NCBI GenBank assembly: GCA_023645945.1
Contig: JALAIB010000002.1
Span: 1-64,000, forward strand
Direction of reading: 5' to 3'
DNA from: Diploschistes diacapsis
Lineage: Eukaryota
DNA length: 64,000 bases
The number at the start of each line of letters is the position of its first letter. Positions within the stretch are counted from its first letter, which is position 1. Positions 33,977 through 46,323 of this stretch are shown here, one piece after another. The translations under genes and the position numbers were made by a program. The notes below the pieces were generated by a model. The model was not told where the DNA came from. It made no database searches and worked only from the letters and a program-made list of their open reading frames with translations.

Positions 33977-36859
33977 AGGACCCAAGCCAATCGAACCCAG
34001 ACTTTGTTTCTGTTTCCATCACGAATCCGGTGGTTTTGCTCGGTACCCGTTCCATGCCTCATCCCAACTATTAAGAAGTCTTGATATTATATAGCTCTCA
34101 AACTCCTAACGGAAAGGTCTGAGTGCTAGCGCCAGTTCTGGTTTCCTTCATTATTGGGTTAAGCTGGATCCAAGGCAAGAAAACGTCCCGAGCATTGGGA
34201 TGCTCATGAACTGGCAGAAACAGACAACGCTTATTCATTCTAGCATAAGTACATGCTTGACTTCCAGGTGTTGGAAGGCTCCGTAAATATCGATGCGTAT
34301 GTTAAAACCTTGTATCTATGATTCGGCGATATCGACAACCTGCTGCGGTCGATAGACGGTATAGAAAATTCTGGGGATTACAAATATCCACGCAAAGAGG
34401 TTGCAGTTTGCTTCACAGGATGATAGATCTAAGAATCAACTCGAAGTTGCTTTCTTTCACCAAAATGGCATTTTGCGTATTTAGATTCGGAGGAATGATT
34501 TTGGATGGAAGACCGCTCCGTCGTGTATTCCACTACAGTTGATTTAGCCCATGTCTTATCAGAAGATGATCCGAGGACCTGAGCAATAATGCAGCACGGA
34601 ATACGTCGGAGTCCAATTCTGAGAAACCAGCTCTAAATGCAGTTCTCTTCGCCTTAAGATCCTGTTATTGTAGGGATCCATCATCTGGGAACTTCATCGG
34701 TAAACTATAATGTCCCTCGCGGCTTTAGTAATTTGGTATGCCCATGGCTAGCTCCTTGAAGTTTAGCAGTAATTATAATGCTGTCGAAGCGAAGGTTCCT
34801 CCTCAGCATCATCCTCGCCTCGTCTTTTTGCGGCCAGATAATATGCATGTATCATAGGTTTCTAAAGCGCAATATCTTGACTGGTTTGGGTTAAAACCAG
34901 GTACCACGGTACCTAAGCTAGTAAAAGGCTGATATGATAGTCGGTATCTCTAATAGCAGAATATGGGCACAATGACAATACCCAGCCATCGTTTGTTATG
35001 CGCTTCAGAGGCACAATTTAGCTCTAGGGGAATGTCTAGACCTTGCACGATAGACCTTGCACGATACCTAGTGGCGACAACAACCAACGAAGGTCCTCAT
35101 CTGGCTGTACGCACAGTGACTAGTACGTTTTTGAGAAAAACCTCTGAGCTTACTATATGGGCCATAGCACTTTACGTATTGTGCTGAGTTTACCACGTTG
35201 TTTCGAGTTGCTCCTAGATATCATGTTTCATCCGTGTCCTTTAGTAGTATTATGGTTGATCTTTCTATCATAGGCAGCCACACAATTGCTCTATTGATAT
35301 CTTAGGACCCCAGTCAAGATACACGGTAATGCTGGACCTGAATTTATGTCGAGGAATGTGCAAGAACGAGAAAAGCTCTCTGCATACCTCTATAAGGCTT
35401 ATGCTTTAGGGAGGGAAGGAGAGTGGCTTCCTCGAGTCTGATATCAGGATGTTAGGTAATAAACTGCTCCCTCTTTGGCATCGATCAATGATCGCAAGTT
35501 CCAAACTAGTCCTCCCATTGCGGCTCTGGCTCTTCCAAATAATTGTGCAGAACGCGTTCATATTCGAGCTTCTTTAAAGCAGTGCAGAGAATTAATGTCA
35601 AGAAGCTAATAGTATAGTGTTGTTCTTACCGTCTTGCTGCATCTTTCTGTATCCAGATTAATTGAGCGGAAGATATGTATGATGCCCTCCCAGTTGTTGT
35701 TGAGCCAAATCTGGGCAGTTTGAAAAAGCGAGACGCCAAAATCTCATCGTCTTAAGCAGCAAGGAGACCAAAAGAAAGGACCCTGGTCAGCATTGTGAAG
35801 TGCTCATTTTCCCAGTAGAATATGTGCCTTGAATTCTGTTTTAGCAGTCAGGATCATGGGAACAAAGCCCTATCGTAATCCCTATGCTGAACTATAAAGC
35901 AACCATGTTAAAGGAACCTAAAATTCAGTAGAGTAGTATCTCAAGCCCTTTGCAACCATATTCTTCCACTTCTCTACTGTTTTGATTTAGTGCATATGCC
36001 TAGGTTTCGAACACGACTTTTCTCCTGTGGCTTATCACCGAATTCATTCGTTGTCTCCACACTTTGATCCTGGAGGGAGGTTTCAATTCACTTAGGTTTC
36101 CTACACTCAGCGTCATCGGTGATAGCGACCTCATGTTGTAGGGTACTGCTCCCCGAAGCGCGAGGAAAGCTTGATAGCGTTATGTTCCTAGCATTGCCTC
36201 TGCTGTTTGCTACTCACAGAATACAGTACGCGAAAGCTTCTTATAAGAGTATAGAGGGATCTTCCTTGGTCTGGGTAGACTCTGCAATGGCTATGTTCCT
36301 CATCTGTGAGAGACTGACAAGTCAAGAGCGGCGGAATCGATAGCCGTAGAGGACTTATGAGGGAGTCATCCGGGTTATGTTGGAATTCTTAGCATTATTG
36401 TCGGTAAACTGAATTCTAGCGAGCTTAGAAATCCAGTTCAGCTCATCAGGGACCTTCCGAATGTGATAGCGCGAGGCCATCTCGATGGTTGATTGGTTCT
36501 TTCGAAGGATCCCCTTGTCTGAGGGAGGTAAGCTGTTGAGGCAGTTCCTGTGACCTCTAATTCTTTTAGAATCGCTTTTCACTTTCGTAGTTGCTGGCTT
36601 TGATGCTCTTCGCTAATCATCCTGTCTCAAGTCCCCATAGGTGTGACTGATGTCGCTCTCTTCTATATCGAGGATATTTTTATTTTAATTTCCTTGTCTT
36701 TTTTTATCTGACCCCAATGAGCTGGAACTCAAAGACCGCAACAGCGCTGCGAAAGATGCAACGGTAAACGACCTGATCGGTGGCCAGGCCTCAGCGTTGT
36801 TCCGGTCCGCTTGGTTCTAGGGAAAGAAAGGGCTAGAGCGTCCTTGTACAAACTGTAAT

Positions 36860-37225
36860 GAAGATTTTCAACTGTCCTTCCATAACCAGTGGGTCAGTCC
36901 ACTTTCGTCTTCCCACCAGAGCATCGGTGATGGCACCCAGGCCAGTGATCTGAGTAGCCGCCGCAAAAGAATAAGGGACACTGCCGTGCATGTTGTGCAA
37001 ACCAGAAGGTGATGAAAACCCAGGGACGAGATCTCTATGCCCTGAAGATAGTTGTTCCCACGTTCCTGCTCCAGCAATATCCAATCCCTAATGATCGGCT
37101 TGAATACCGACGTACCAAGATAAAACAGCGCGGCGAACGTTCTTTGCTGGCATCGTTCCATGTGGCAACTCCGGTCTTGATATCCTTACGTCCCTACGCT
37201 TTGCATGGCTGCTTTGCAAAGTGTA
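36860..37225 (-). pseudogene. PhyH-like dioxygenase C-terminal half, fragment E
   Basis: QPCKA/DVRISRPELPHGTMPAKNVRRAVLSWYVGIQADH*GLDIAGAGTWEQLSSGHRDLVPGFSSPSGLHNMHGSVPYSFAAATQITGLGAITDALVGRRKWTDP; contains the putative distal His (LPHG). Assignment to the same family rests on recalled family pattern. Confidence 0.65.
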
Positions 37226-38307
37226 ACGATTCGACTCCTTAGCAGGGTGGGTCAATTGAATAGGTCTGATGCCTGTAGCCATGCGACGGCTGTCAGCTAG
37301 TCCACGCTTTGTCCTCGGATATCTGGAAGCATCTACTGCCATAACATTTGGTTATATATGTGATTGGCAGGGACCCGAAGCCGATGAATAATGCTCCAAA
37401 GCAAACGAGCAGCGCAACCAAGGGTTGAAAGCCTAGGTCAGATCGCACGGATTTTCGCTAGAAGTAAACGATAACCCTGTAATGCACCACCCTGCAATAC
37501 CGAGCAGTGCAATCATCCGCTACGGCACAAGTCCGCACCTTATCTAGGCCATTCGTTTCGCGAACAGAAGGACTTTATAGTGTGCGAGCGCAGCCAAGTC
37601 ATATCATTTTGCGTTGTGAGCTCCGGGCTGATGTCTGCGTGAGCAATCCTGTTACTCCCTATTTGACAAATGGCTTCCAGAGAGTTTTCAGATTTGCGCG
37701 CTTGCGAGCATATTGGGTCTTGGAAGCTCCAAGCGCCCAGGAAATGTAGTGAGATTTGGTGTCCCTGTTCCCTTAGGGTCTGCATCATAGAATACCAGTG
37801 ACGTGAGAGCTTCTCACCCCGGACGATTTCCTCTATTTCTTTTCTTCGCCGCTGTCAAACTTGCCTGTGAGCTATATCCAAAGGATACTCTTCATTGCAT
37901 GTCTTGTCAGCTGGAAAGCCCTTAGAACTCGGCAATGTCCCATCTCCTGCGGCCTCCTCCAAAGATCTTTTTGGTAGCTGATGAGCATCTTACGTATAGG
38001 GAAACCCTGGGGAGCCCGGATAAGTCAAAGTTGGGTCAGAACCTCCCTTGAAGATTCACCCGCTTTGGTATTAAAGCAAGGAATACGTTTTTTTCCGACT
38101 TGAAACTTTGCAATCTATCCTTCAAAGAAAATTTCAGGGCAGAATCCGCCTCCTACCCCTGAGGGCGGGAGGAGATCCACATTCCAAGGTCTTTGATAAA
38201 ATACTCACTATCCTCAAACACCAAAGCGCCCTAGACATCAAATCACAGGATCAGGAATGATTCCAGAATCCTCATAACAGCGCGTAAGAAGACTGCCGGA
38301 ACCTTTA

Positions 38308-38650
38308 GCTGAATTTCATGCCGCTATTCTTTTCATCGTTAGTAGACGGCATTCTTCCATCGATCGTATGCACATGACCATCCTTCAAGATAAGCCTAGC
38401 CTTTTTGCCTTCTTGCAGAAGCTTCCACCATTGACGAATTCCTCTATGCATTCCTAGTAGTAGCTCGGTACAATAATTTTCGGCCTCATCCATACTTACG
38501 GATCCTATATGACGTTTGCCCCATGACCGTTCTCGACGTACTTTCGGATATCTATGTCGATATGACGGAAGGAGGTTTTGTCCCCTAGCGCTTGATAATT
38601 TGCGCGGTAAGGATAAGCAACCAAAGGAATCGTGGTCAGATGCTACTCGA
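38308..38650 (-). pseudogene. PhyH-like dioxygenase fragment, copy D
   Basis: LVAYPYRANYQALGDKTSFRHIDIDIRKYVENGHGANVI/GSVSMDEAENYCTELLLGMHRGIRQWWKLLQEGKKARLILKDGHVHTIDGRMPSTNDEKNSGMKF. Confidence 0.75.
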
Positions 38651-38720
38651 CAGCACAGAGAGACCGCTCGCTCAACCTCGGTGTTTTTTTGTATGTTTTT
38701 GTCCCTGCCGCCCTGGACAA

Positions 38721-39080
38721 CTGTAGGAGTTTCCACCAGCGACGAATTTATTGACGTATGCCCAGCAGTAATTCTGTACAATCATCTTTCGCTTCATTAT
38801 CCATGCTCACTGATCCTTGTATGATGTTCCCTCCTTATTCTGTATCGTCGTGCTTCCTAATATGGTGTCAATAAGCCTAAAAGAAGTCTTATCCCCGGGC
38901 GCATCATACTTCGTGTAATAAGGATAGCTAACCAACTATATATTATAATGTGGTCTGAACGCCACATGTAGAAGATAATCATAGAACATTGTCGAATGAT
39001 CTGCTGAATCCCGCTGTAATATATGATACGATTCCAACCTAAGTTAGACTGGCCACCTCTCTCATGTAAATGCCAGTGAT
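38721..39080 (-). pseudogene. PhyH-like dioxygenase fragment, copy C (tandem, immediately upstream of copy D)
   Basis: HWHLHERGGQSNLGWNRIIYYSGIQQIIRQC/YDYLLHVAFRPHYNI*LVSYPYYTKYDAPGDKTSFRLID...IIQGSVSMDNEAKDDCTELLLGIRQ*IRRWWKLLQ. Confidence 0.75.
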
Positions 39081-41755
39081 AAAGGGCGAATTCAAGTTAC
39101 CAACGGTCGTTGACAAGAAACAAACGGGCTCGGAACAATCGCAAGTCCGCCGACTCTCGCTCCTGGGATCAGTACTAGACAAAGCTCAGTTACGTGTTAG
39201 CCAAGCGGCACTCAACATTCCAGCGCAGCAGTGCTAGATTTTCAGGTATAAGTGGCTTCCGCTGCTGGACGATATAGTCCTAGAGTGCTTTCAATTGTGC
39301 TTTTTTCATTGTGAGCGAGAATTGATCCCAAGCCGAGTCCCATCGAAGTCTACTTTCTGTCCTCCGTTCGAGCACCGGCACTACGGGAAGAATCGTAGAT
39401 GTGATACTCTTCGTCATCTCTGAAACCCAATCTTGCAGGTTGATCGAGCGGATCCCATACGAGAATGGTTTTCATCAAGAGGATCCGGTTGTTGAGCTGC
39501 TAAAGCGCTTTCGCGTGTATGAGCCAATCCGGTCCTAAGTTCCTGTTGCCCGTGCCGGTACTGACGTTATCTTAGTGCTAGTATTGCAATCCCTCATAGC
39601 GATGCTTCAGATATAGGTCTTTTATATGCTCCCATGTGGAATACCAAGGCTTAATTGATCCCAAAAGAATGGTGGATGAATAGCTTTCTTTGCTGCAGAG
39701 ATCAGACAAAATAGTCCCTCTATATATAGCATTCGTATCAAAGGATTGAGTACAGAGGAGGCTATCGCCTGGTGAACCCTTGTGCCATTCATAATCTCGG
39801 TGTGACTCTTCCCTACATTTCCCATGTGTTCAAGTGACTTGTGCTCGTTTATCTTCCATTATGGCGGTAACTGTATGGCGATAACCACGTGTGGCTGAGA
39901 AGTGGGTTCAGATTCTTAGTTCATTCTACCGATGCAACATGCCGGCTTTCTTGTCAGTAGACTGCTCGAAGAGAATCAATCAGGAGGAATCTTTCTTTGC
40001 GCCTCAGTCTAGGATGTCCAGAAGCTTGTTCCTACCTTGGGACTCTGCTGTCTAGAAAGCGGCCATATACAGCCAAGTATAGGTCCCGTCTTCTTGTACT
40101 TTGGAGATTCAAGAAGCCAAGAAGCTGTTGGTTGTGGCAAAAACATAGCTGGATCATAATCGGGCCGAATTTTCCGCTAAATAGGCACGCCTGCCGTTCT
40201 TCCCACCGCTCCACAGAGATCCTTTCATATGCATCAGTAAGCCGGTATTATTGTGGAAGTTTCCAGCTTGAGCCAGGTACACTTATAAGATGCCCATAGG
40301 ATGGGGGTCTAGGCACAAGAAGCCAGTAATGTTCCTACCTAGCTGTTATTCCTGGTCTCGGCGTCCTAGCATGCTTAGCCGAAGGAAGATTTGCCCGTTG
40401 GATCACAGAGCTGAACTTTCTGGCTTCGTTCAGGCAAACTAACCCCGCCATGATGATATCTCTCTCCCAGGAAGAGGCTGTTGCCTACGTTCCGCATGTG
40501 TAGTTGCGTTAAGCAGCCGTTGAAACGAGTGAGAGATACTCGTCAGGTACATGTACAGACGGAAGGAGACCTCCACCTGAGCGTGCGGAACAAAATAAAA
40601 TCTAGCACTCATCGGCATAGTTTTACCAAGACGCAGACGTAAATAGACAAGCCGAAACCTATATTGCTCACATATTATGCGTCGGATGATCGAATAGTCT
40701 TTGGAGACTTCGGTGGAAATATGCAAAGTAGGAAACAGAGGAGAAGCGCAAGTTAAAAGATGACGTGGGGTGGTGATGTTCAAGTACTTGCCGAAATAGC
40801 AAACAAGCCGGGCAATCACCACCAAACATGTTCCCTTGATTCACCCATCTTAAGAGTGCTTCAGCCTCATGCTAGAGTTTCGTTCATTAGCTGCCATTCC
40901 ACAGTTCATGTGTTTGTTAGGTTGAATAGCAAGTCCCATCCTGGTAAAGAGCTTGATGACGAATATATAATGAATAGAGGCAATCGTTCAAGATGTTGAA
41001 CTCACAAAGCTCGGAGCTTTGAGGTGCTATCCACCGCCGGAAACTATCGACGTTGATGAACTTGGTTCATCCTTTCGCTGTGGCTCAATGCCTTCGCTCT
41101 AGCAACTATCAAACATGGAATCATCGAGTCACTGAGCGACGAATGCGGGGTGGGGACGAACACTTCCTCCATGTGGCTGTTAGCCATACGGCGCGCCTTA
41201 TCGCTCGAGGAACAGGTGACAAGTGTATAATATGCCAAGCTGCTGTTCGGTTAAGATTGGACGGATGGTAGCTGGCAAGGGCAAATAAGCTGCCGTCGAG
41301 ATGAAATGGAGGACGAGGCTGCGTACGATCTGAGCGAGTTGTTGCAAAGGGCGAAAAGTAGCTGCCATTGGAGTCAACAGTCGCTTTCGCGAAAATCCAC
41401 AAAACTAGAATCCAGATGTTGTAGCAATGATCGCCTTGGGAAATATACTGAAAGACTCCATGAACGCGTCGCGTTATCAAAGCCGAAAAAGACAGCGCCA
41501 GTGAGACGGGTTGAGCTACTGTGCTAAGCTGGGTGAGTATAAAAAAGGACAAAGTCCCGGTCTACCCAAGCAAGTAGCCAAGCAGCAACCAGGTATCTTA
41601 AACCTCATCAAAATACAATCAGCAGCAGGGCCGAGTCAAAAAATACAATCGAATGTCATCATCCGTCACCATATCAATCAGCAAGAAAAGATCGTCATGC
41701 TACTAACACACGCTTACCGCCCAAGGCCAAATGGTACGAAAAGTTTTATTCCGAC

Positions 41756-43025
41756 TCATGCCTCAGGTGTGCCGACGCCCCTCTTGGCGAACTTGCTACT
41801 CCTGTCCTCCTTGAACTTCTTCCACAGTTCGGCAACCTCTTCTCCGCCCTTGGCGGTCTTCTCCACCACGAGGCCCTTGAGCCATTTATTTTCCATCTCG
41901 AGCTGATCGACGCGCTGCTCAAGCTGCTCGCACTTGTCGGTCATCTCCTTCGCGGTTTTCTCGAGGGCTTGTTCGCGTTGCTTCTTCTTCACACGAAAGC
42001 GAGCAGAGGCGGCGGTGTTGCGACGACGCTTGTCTTCCTCAGCGGCAGCACGAGAGCTCGCTTCCAGGACGGCAGGATCTGTGCCCGCAGCGCGTTTGCC
42101 ATTGGGCGGGCTGGGGGTTATGGTAGGGTTGCGAATATGTTGGATATCGTATGGGGAGGTCGGCGAGGGAAAATTTAAATCGAAGTCTTGCGCTGGTGAC
42201 CCGTAGCTCTGGACAGGAGCGAGCTGAAGCGGTGCATCACTTGTGGTGATATAAGGAAGGCCATTACTGTAGTTGAAATCTGAGATGACAGAGCTATCAG
42301 CAACCTCGATCAAGATCGGATACGGATGATGTAAGCAAGAAGGACGGAGGGGGGGAAGGTATTACACGCAAGGGAGGAGTGGTGAGGATGGTAAGGCATC
42401 TTGCCGGTGATGACTTGTGTACCCATTGCCGGGCCAGACAAGACAAGGGCCAAGGGGACGATATGGACAATGATGAATGATGGAGAAAGGATAGGTAGGT
42501 GCAAGCAGTACCGTCTTCGAAGTTCAAAGCTTCGATGTCCCCATTGTTGCTAGCAATGAGTTGTGCGGCAGGCTGGGTAGAGCTCGACTTGGCAGAAGTG
42601 GCAGAAGTGGCAGAAGAAGTGACAGAATTGGCAGAGCCTGGGAGTGTCTGGCTAGTGTCGGATGTCCCACCTTGATGCAGAGCGCGACCGGGATCAAAGA
42701 GGATAGAGTCGAGGGATCGAACGGTTGGCGACTGCTGCTGCTGCTGCTGCTGCTGCTGCGGAGGGTCTAGGGGATTTAGCTGCTGGAGCGCAGGCCCCAG
42801 GGGGCTGTCGAAAGTTTCGTTGCCGAAATCATCGAGGAACTCGGTGTGCATGAACAGGTCGAGCTCATCGTCGTCTATTCCGAACCCCTCTGATGTATCT
42901 CCATTGCTGTTATTGTTGTTATTGCTGCTGCTGTTGTAGCCGTCGTCCTGGTGGTCTGCTATGGCGTTGAGACTGGCGATGAGCTGGGAGACATTGGGGC
43001 CTCGCCTGGGCTGATAAGTAGACAT
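41756..43025 (-). CDS. metR: bZIP sulfur-metabolism regulator MetR/CYS-3; intron 42280-42511
   Basis: N-terminus RRGPNVSQLIASLNAI; bZIP AAEEDKRRRNTAASARFRVKKKQREQALEKTAKEM...LEMENKWLKGLVVEK; polyQ tract. Confidence 0.88.
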
Positions 43026-43171
43026 GGCTTGGAGGGGCCCGAGCTGCCCCCTCGGCCAATAGTGGGAGGCAGTTCAGCGAAAAAAGCTATGGCGAGATTG
43101 GAGCTAAGGATGTCGTGCTGTGGAAGTGACGTTGGTTTTGAGCGTCGGAGTTGTGCGAGCACCTCGCTTCG

Positions 43172-43200
43172 CTGGCACTGGCACTGGCACTGGCACTGGC
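43172..43200. repeat. (TGGCAC)n hexanucleotide microsatellite upstream of metR
   Basis: ctggcactggcactggcactggcactggc. Confidence 0.85.
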
Positions 43201-44000
43201 GATCGTCCTTGTAAGCCTGAGGCGGACAAAGGTAAACGGGGAGGAATTCTAAAACAAAAGGTGATGGATGATAGCAGGAGCTGTATCTTCGAAAAGTCAA
43301 ATTGGGAGACTGAGAGAAAACGACTGTTGTGGGATGTGGGAGAAATTTTGATCATTGCAGGCATTATGACCGGCGGTGGGGGCTAAATTGAATTACGGTT
43401 CCGATTTCAAATCCCCCTCGAGTAAAAGCAGCCACCACCACATGGCCTCTGTCTCTTTGTCTATCTCTTTGTCTATCTTCCACCCTCCATAACTCCAGCC
43501 CACTTCATGTGAATCCCGGCTTAGCCGCTACTTCCGCCCGAAATTGAATCCCAATACACGAATTCCATCGCGCCCCCACACCAAGCCAACGCTACTCAAC
43601 GACCTAGTACTTTATATTATTTCATAATGTGACTGGGCGGCCTTACAGCGGTGGACGCTAGGAAAGCTTCCGAAAGCATGCAGGAAGGGGGAACCCGGGA
43701 TAACTACTCTGCACGCTGTTCTACGTTGCGTAAAGAGAGGGTGGGGGTCACGCTGAAGGATCGTCCCTAAAATAGTCTAGTAGCAGAAAAGTATATGGAT
43801 AAACAATCATCATGAGGTATGGTAAGGTGTAGTAGAATGTATGTGCAGGTGGAATGGGGAACTGCTATGTTCTTGTCCTCGAGGTGGGTATTCGGGCCAA
43901 GAGCGCTGGAATTTCTCGGACAGAGAAAAAAGAGAGGAGGACCGGAAAAGGGAGTGAGTGAGCAAGGGCGGCCAGCTATCCATGCGAAGCCCAATGCCGA

Positions 44001-46323
44001 TTACTTATTAGCCGGTGACTCCTTCGACAGCACGGGCTTATCGACCTCGTCCAGCTTCGAGTCGCTTTCGATGGTATCTGCAGGCGCATCTGCAGATTTG
44101 TCAGCCTCACCGCCCTTTCCTAGCTCGTGGGGGTGGTCAAGTGTCAAACTCACCGTGGCGGGAATACATCTTCCTCTCCCACTCATCATACTCCTTTGCC
44201 TTCCCACTCTCCACGTCCTTGCGGCTAACGTTCCACTTGCTCTTGGCCAAGCCCATGCTGCCCAGGAAGCCCACGGCGTCCTTCCACTCGCTCTCCTTTC
44301 GGCCTTTGCTCCACTTCAACTCTTCCGCCATCATGTCGATGGTCTTGGGCAAAGCCTCAAGCGCCGCCTGCGCGTTCAGGAAAGCGAGGCGCGTCCGCCG
44401 AGCCAACACGTCGACGGCGGTCTGTGCGTATTCGTGCCGCACCGCATAGCGAACTTCGCCGTCGACAAATGGATAGAGCTCCGCTATGCGGGCCGCGCGG
44501 GCTGGGAAGCGCTTCTCGGTGGGGCTGGACAATGCGGCTACTTGCCACGCTCGGTCACCGTACGAGTCAACGAGGTGCTTGGCAACTTCCGTTTCGACGC
44601 CGAAGTGCTGAATGAGGTTGATGAAGAGGGTCTTCGAGTAACCGTGTGCGCCAATGAGACGGACTTGGTGTGTTTGGCATGTGCCGTCTAGCGGCGCTGC
44701 GTCGTCAATCATTTCGGTACCAGATATGCGAGGGGCGTCCGCCAGTGGTTGTGTCTTCAAGGAGAAGCGGTCGATGGCCTCGTCGACAGCCTCTTCTGCC
44801 ATCTGCCGGTAAGTCGTCCACTTTCCCCCGGCGCAGGTAAGGAGGCCGGAGTCAGAGGTAGTGATGAGATGGTTGCGGACGAGGGACTCGGTGTTCTTGG
44901 CTTTGGGATCACGTACGAGGGGTCGGATGCCTGACCATGCAGCCAGTACGTCTCCTCTCCGTACGTTGATATCTGGAGCCAAGTAACCTCGAATCTCTGA
45001 AAGAATCCAGTCAATCTCTTCCTCTCCAGCCACTGGGTTTTGCTTAATCGCGCACGGAGCATCAGTTGTGCCAGCAATCGTGTTTCCTAGCCAGGGAAGG
45101 AAGAATATGACTCGACCGTCCGAGGTGTGCGGATCGATCAAGCCCATGTTTGAAGGAGAATAATAGCCTGGAAGGATGACATGGACCCCGGAACTAGGGG
45201 CTACAATCTCCTGGACTTTGGGATCGTCCATTTTCCGTATACCGTCAGTAAACGGGCCGGTGGCGTTTATTATTCCTTTAGCTCTTATTCTGAACTCCTT
45301 CGCTGGCTTGCCGTCTCTTTCCTCAATCACGTCCTTTGCACGAGCGGCACACAGCTTCCCCGAAGCGTCCTTCTCTAACCCTGTGATTTCGACGTGGTTC
45401 ACCACCGTGCTGCCGTAAAGAGCCGCGGTCATCGCTAACGAGACGTTCATCCTGGAGTCGTTGTGCGCGCCATCTGCAGACCAAGTCAGCTCTCTTTCAT
45501 CCCCCCCATGCGGATTGCTAAGAATACCGTAATACACCAACGCTCCCACGACATCATTCTTCCTCAACATTGGAAAGGCCTCAAGCGCTTTGCTCCTCGT
45601 CAGAAAGTAACTGCTCTCGATCCCCTCCGACCCGGCAAGGAAGTCGTAGGCCTTTGTCCCCAGCCAAAAGTACGGCGCCTGCCACCACTTCTGCACCGGC
45701 AGCATGATGGGCAGCCAATTGGACAGATGCGGCGCCGTATCCAGAAAGTACTTTCTCTCCCGCAGCGCCTCCTTGACAAGCTTGTACTGGTTGTAGTCCA
45801 GCTCCCACACGGCCTTCTCCAGGTATCGCACTCCGCCGTGCACGAGCTTCGTGCTCTTGCTGCTGGTCCCGCTGCTGAAGTCGTTGCGCTCGACAAGCGC
45901 GACCTTGAGCCCGCGCGTGACCGCATCGAGCGCTATGCCCGTGCCCGTCGCGCCGCCTCCTATTACTAGGAGATCGTACTCTTCCCCTTGGCCCGATAAT
46001 TTCTTCTCCGCCTCGCCCGCCTTTCTGTCCGCCGTTTCACTCCCCAAGAGACCGAGCACCCCGCTCTTCGCCTTGTCGAGCGTGGCATGCACGTCCAACA
46101 CGCCGCCACTTCGCTTCAGATCGGCAAGCTGCTCGGTCCGGGATTTCACTTGCGGGAAGCGTGGCGGGGCGATGGTGCCGTCGGCGGCGAAACGGAGGGG
46201 TGCGACGGGGGCATTGGACCCCGGGATCTCGCGCGGGCGGTATATGTAGTAGAGGACGCCGCTACCAGCGACGGTGGCGGTAGCGGCGTAAAGGAAAGGA
46301 CGAGCGAGTCGGCGAGACGCCAT
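44001..46323 (-). CDS. GUT2: Mitochondrial FAD-dependent glycerol-3-phosphate dehydrogenase
   Basis: DLLVIGGGATGTGIALDAVTRGL, GTSSKSTKLVHGGVRYL, AWSGIRPLV, GGKWTTYRQMAE, DVLARRTRLAFLN. Intron 45474-45527 and a terminal intron after YSRH; last exon ends ...ESPANK*. Confidence 0.96.

Larger units (their letters stand above)
21600..41500. other. ~20-kb gene desert of decayed coding relics (probable mobile-element graveyard)
   Basis: No convincing intact gene, only short stop-rich ORFs. Contains repeated homologous pseudogene fragments and AT-rich patches. Boundaries are approximate. Confidence 0.75.

Noticed and set aside
35037..35066. 14-bp tandem duplication (tagaccttgcacga x2) considered as CRISPR-like or a target-site duplication
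   Set aside because: Only two adjacent units with no spacer; a simple local duplication in a eukaryotic genome.
21600..41500. Intact Starship or other autonomous transposon
   Set aside because: No captain tyrosine recombinase, DDE transposase or reverse transcriptase ORF could be recognised, and no termini were identified.
43819..44691. 290-aa + strand ORF
   Set aside because: Antisense shadow of the GUT2 3' region.
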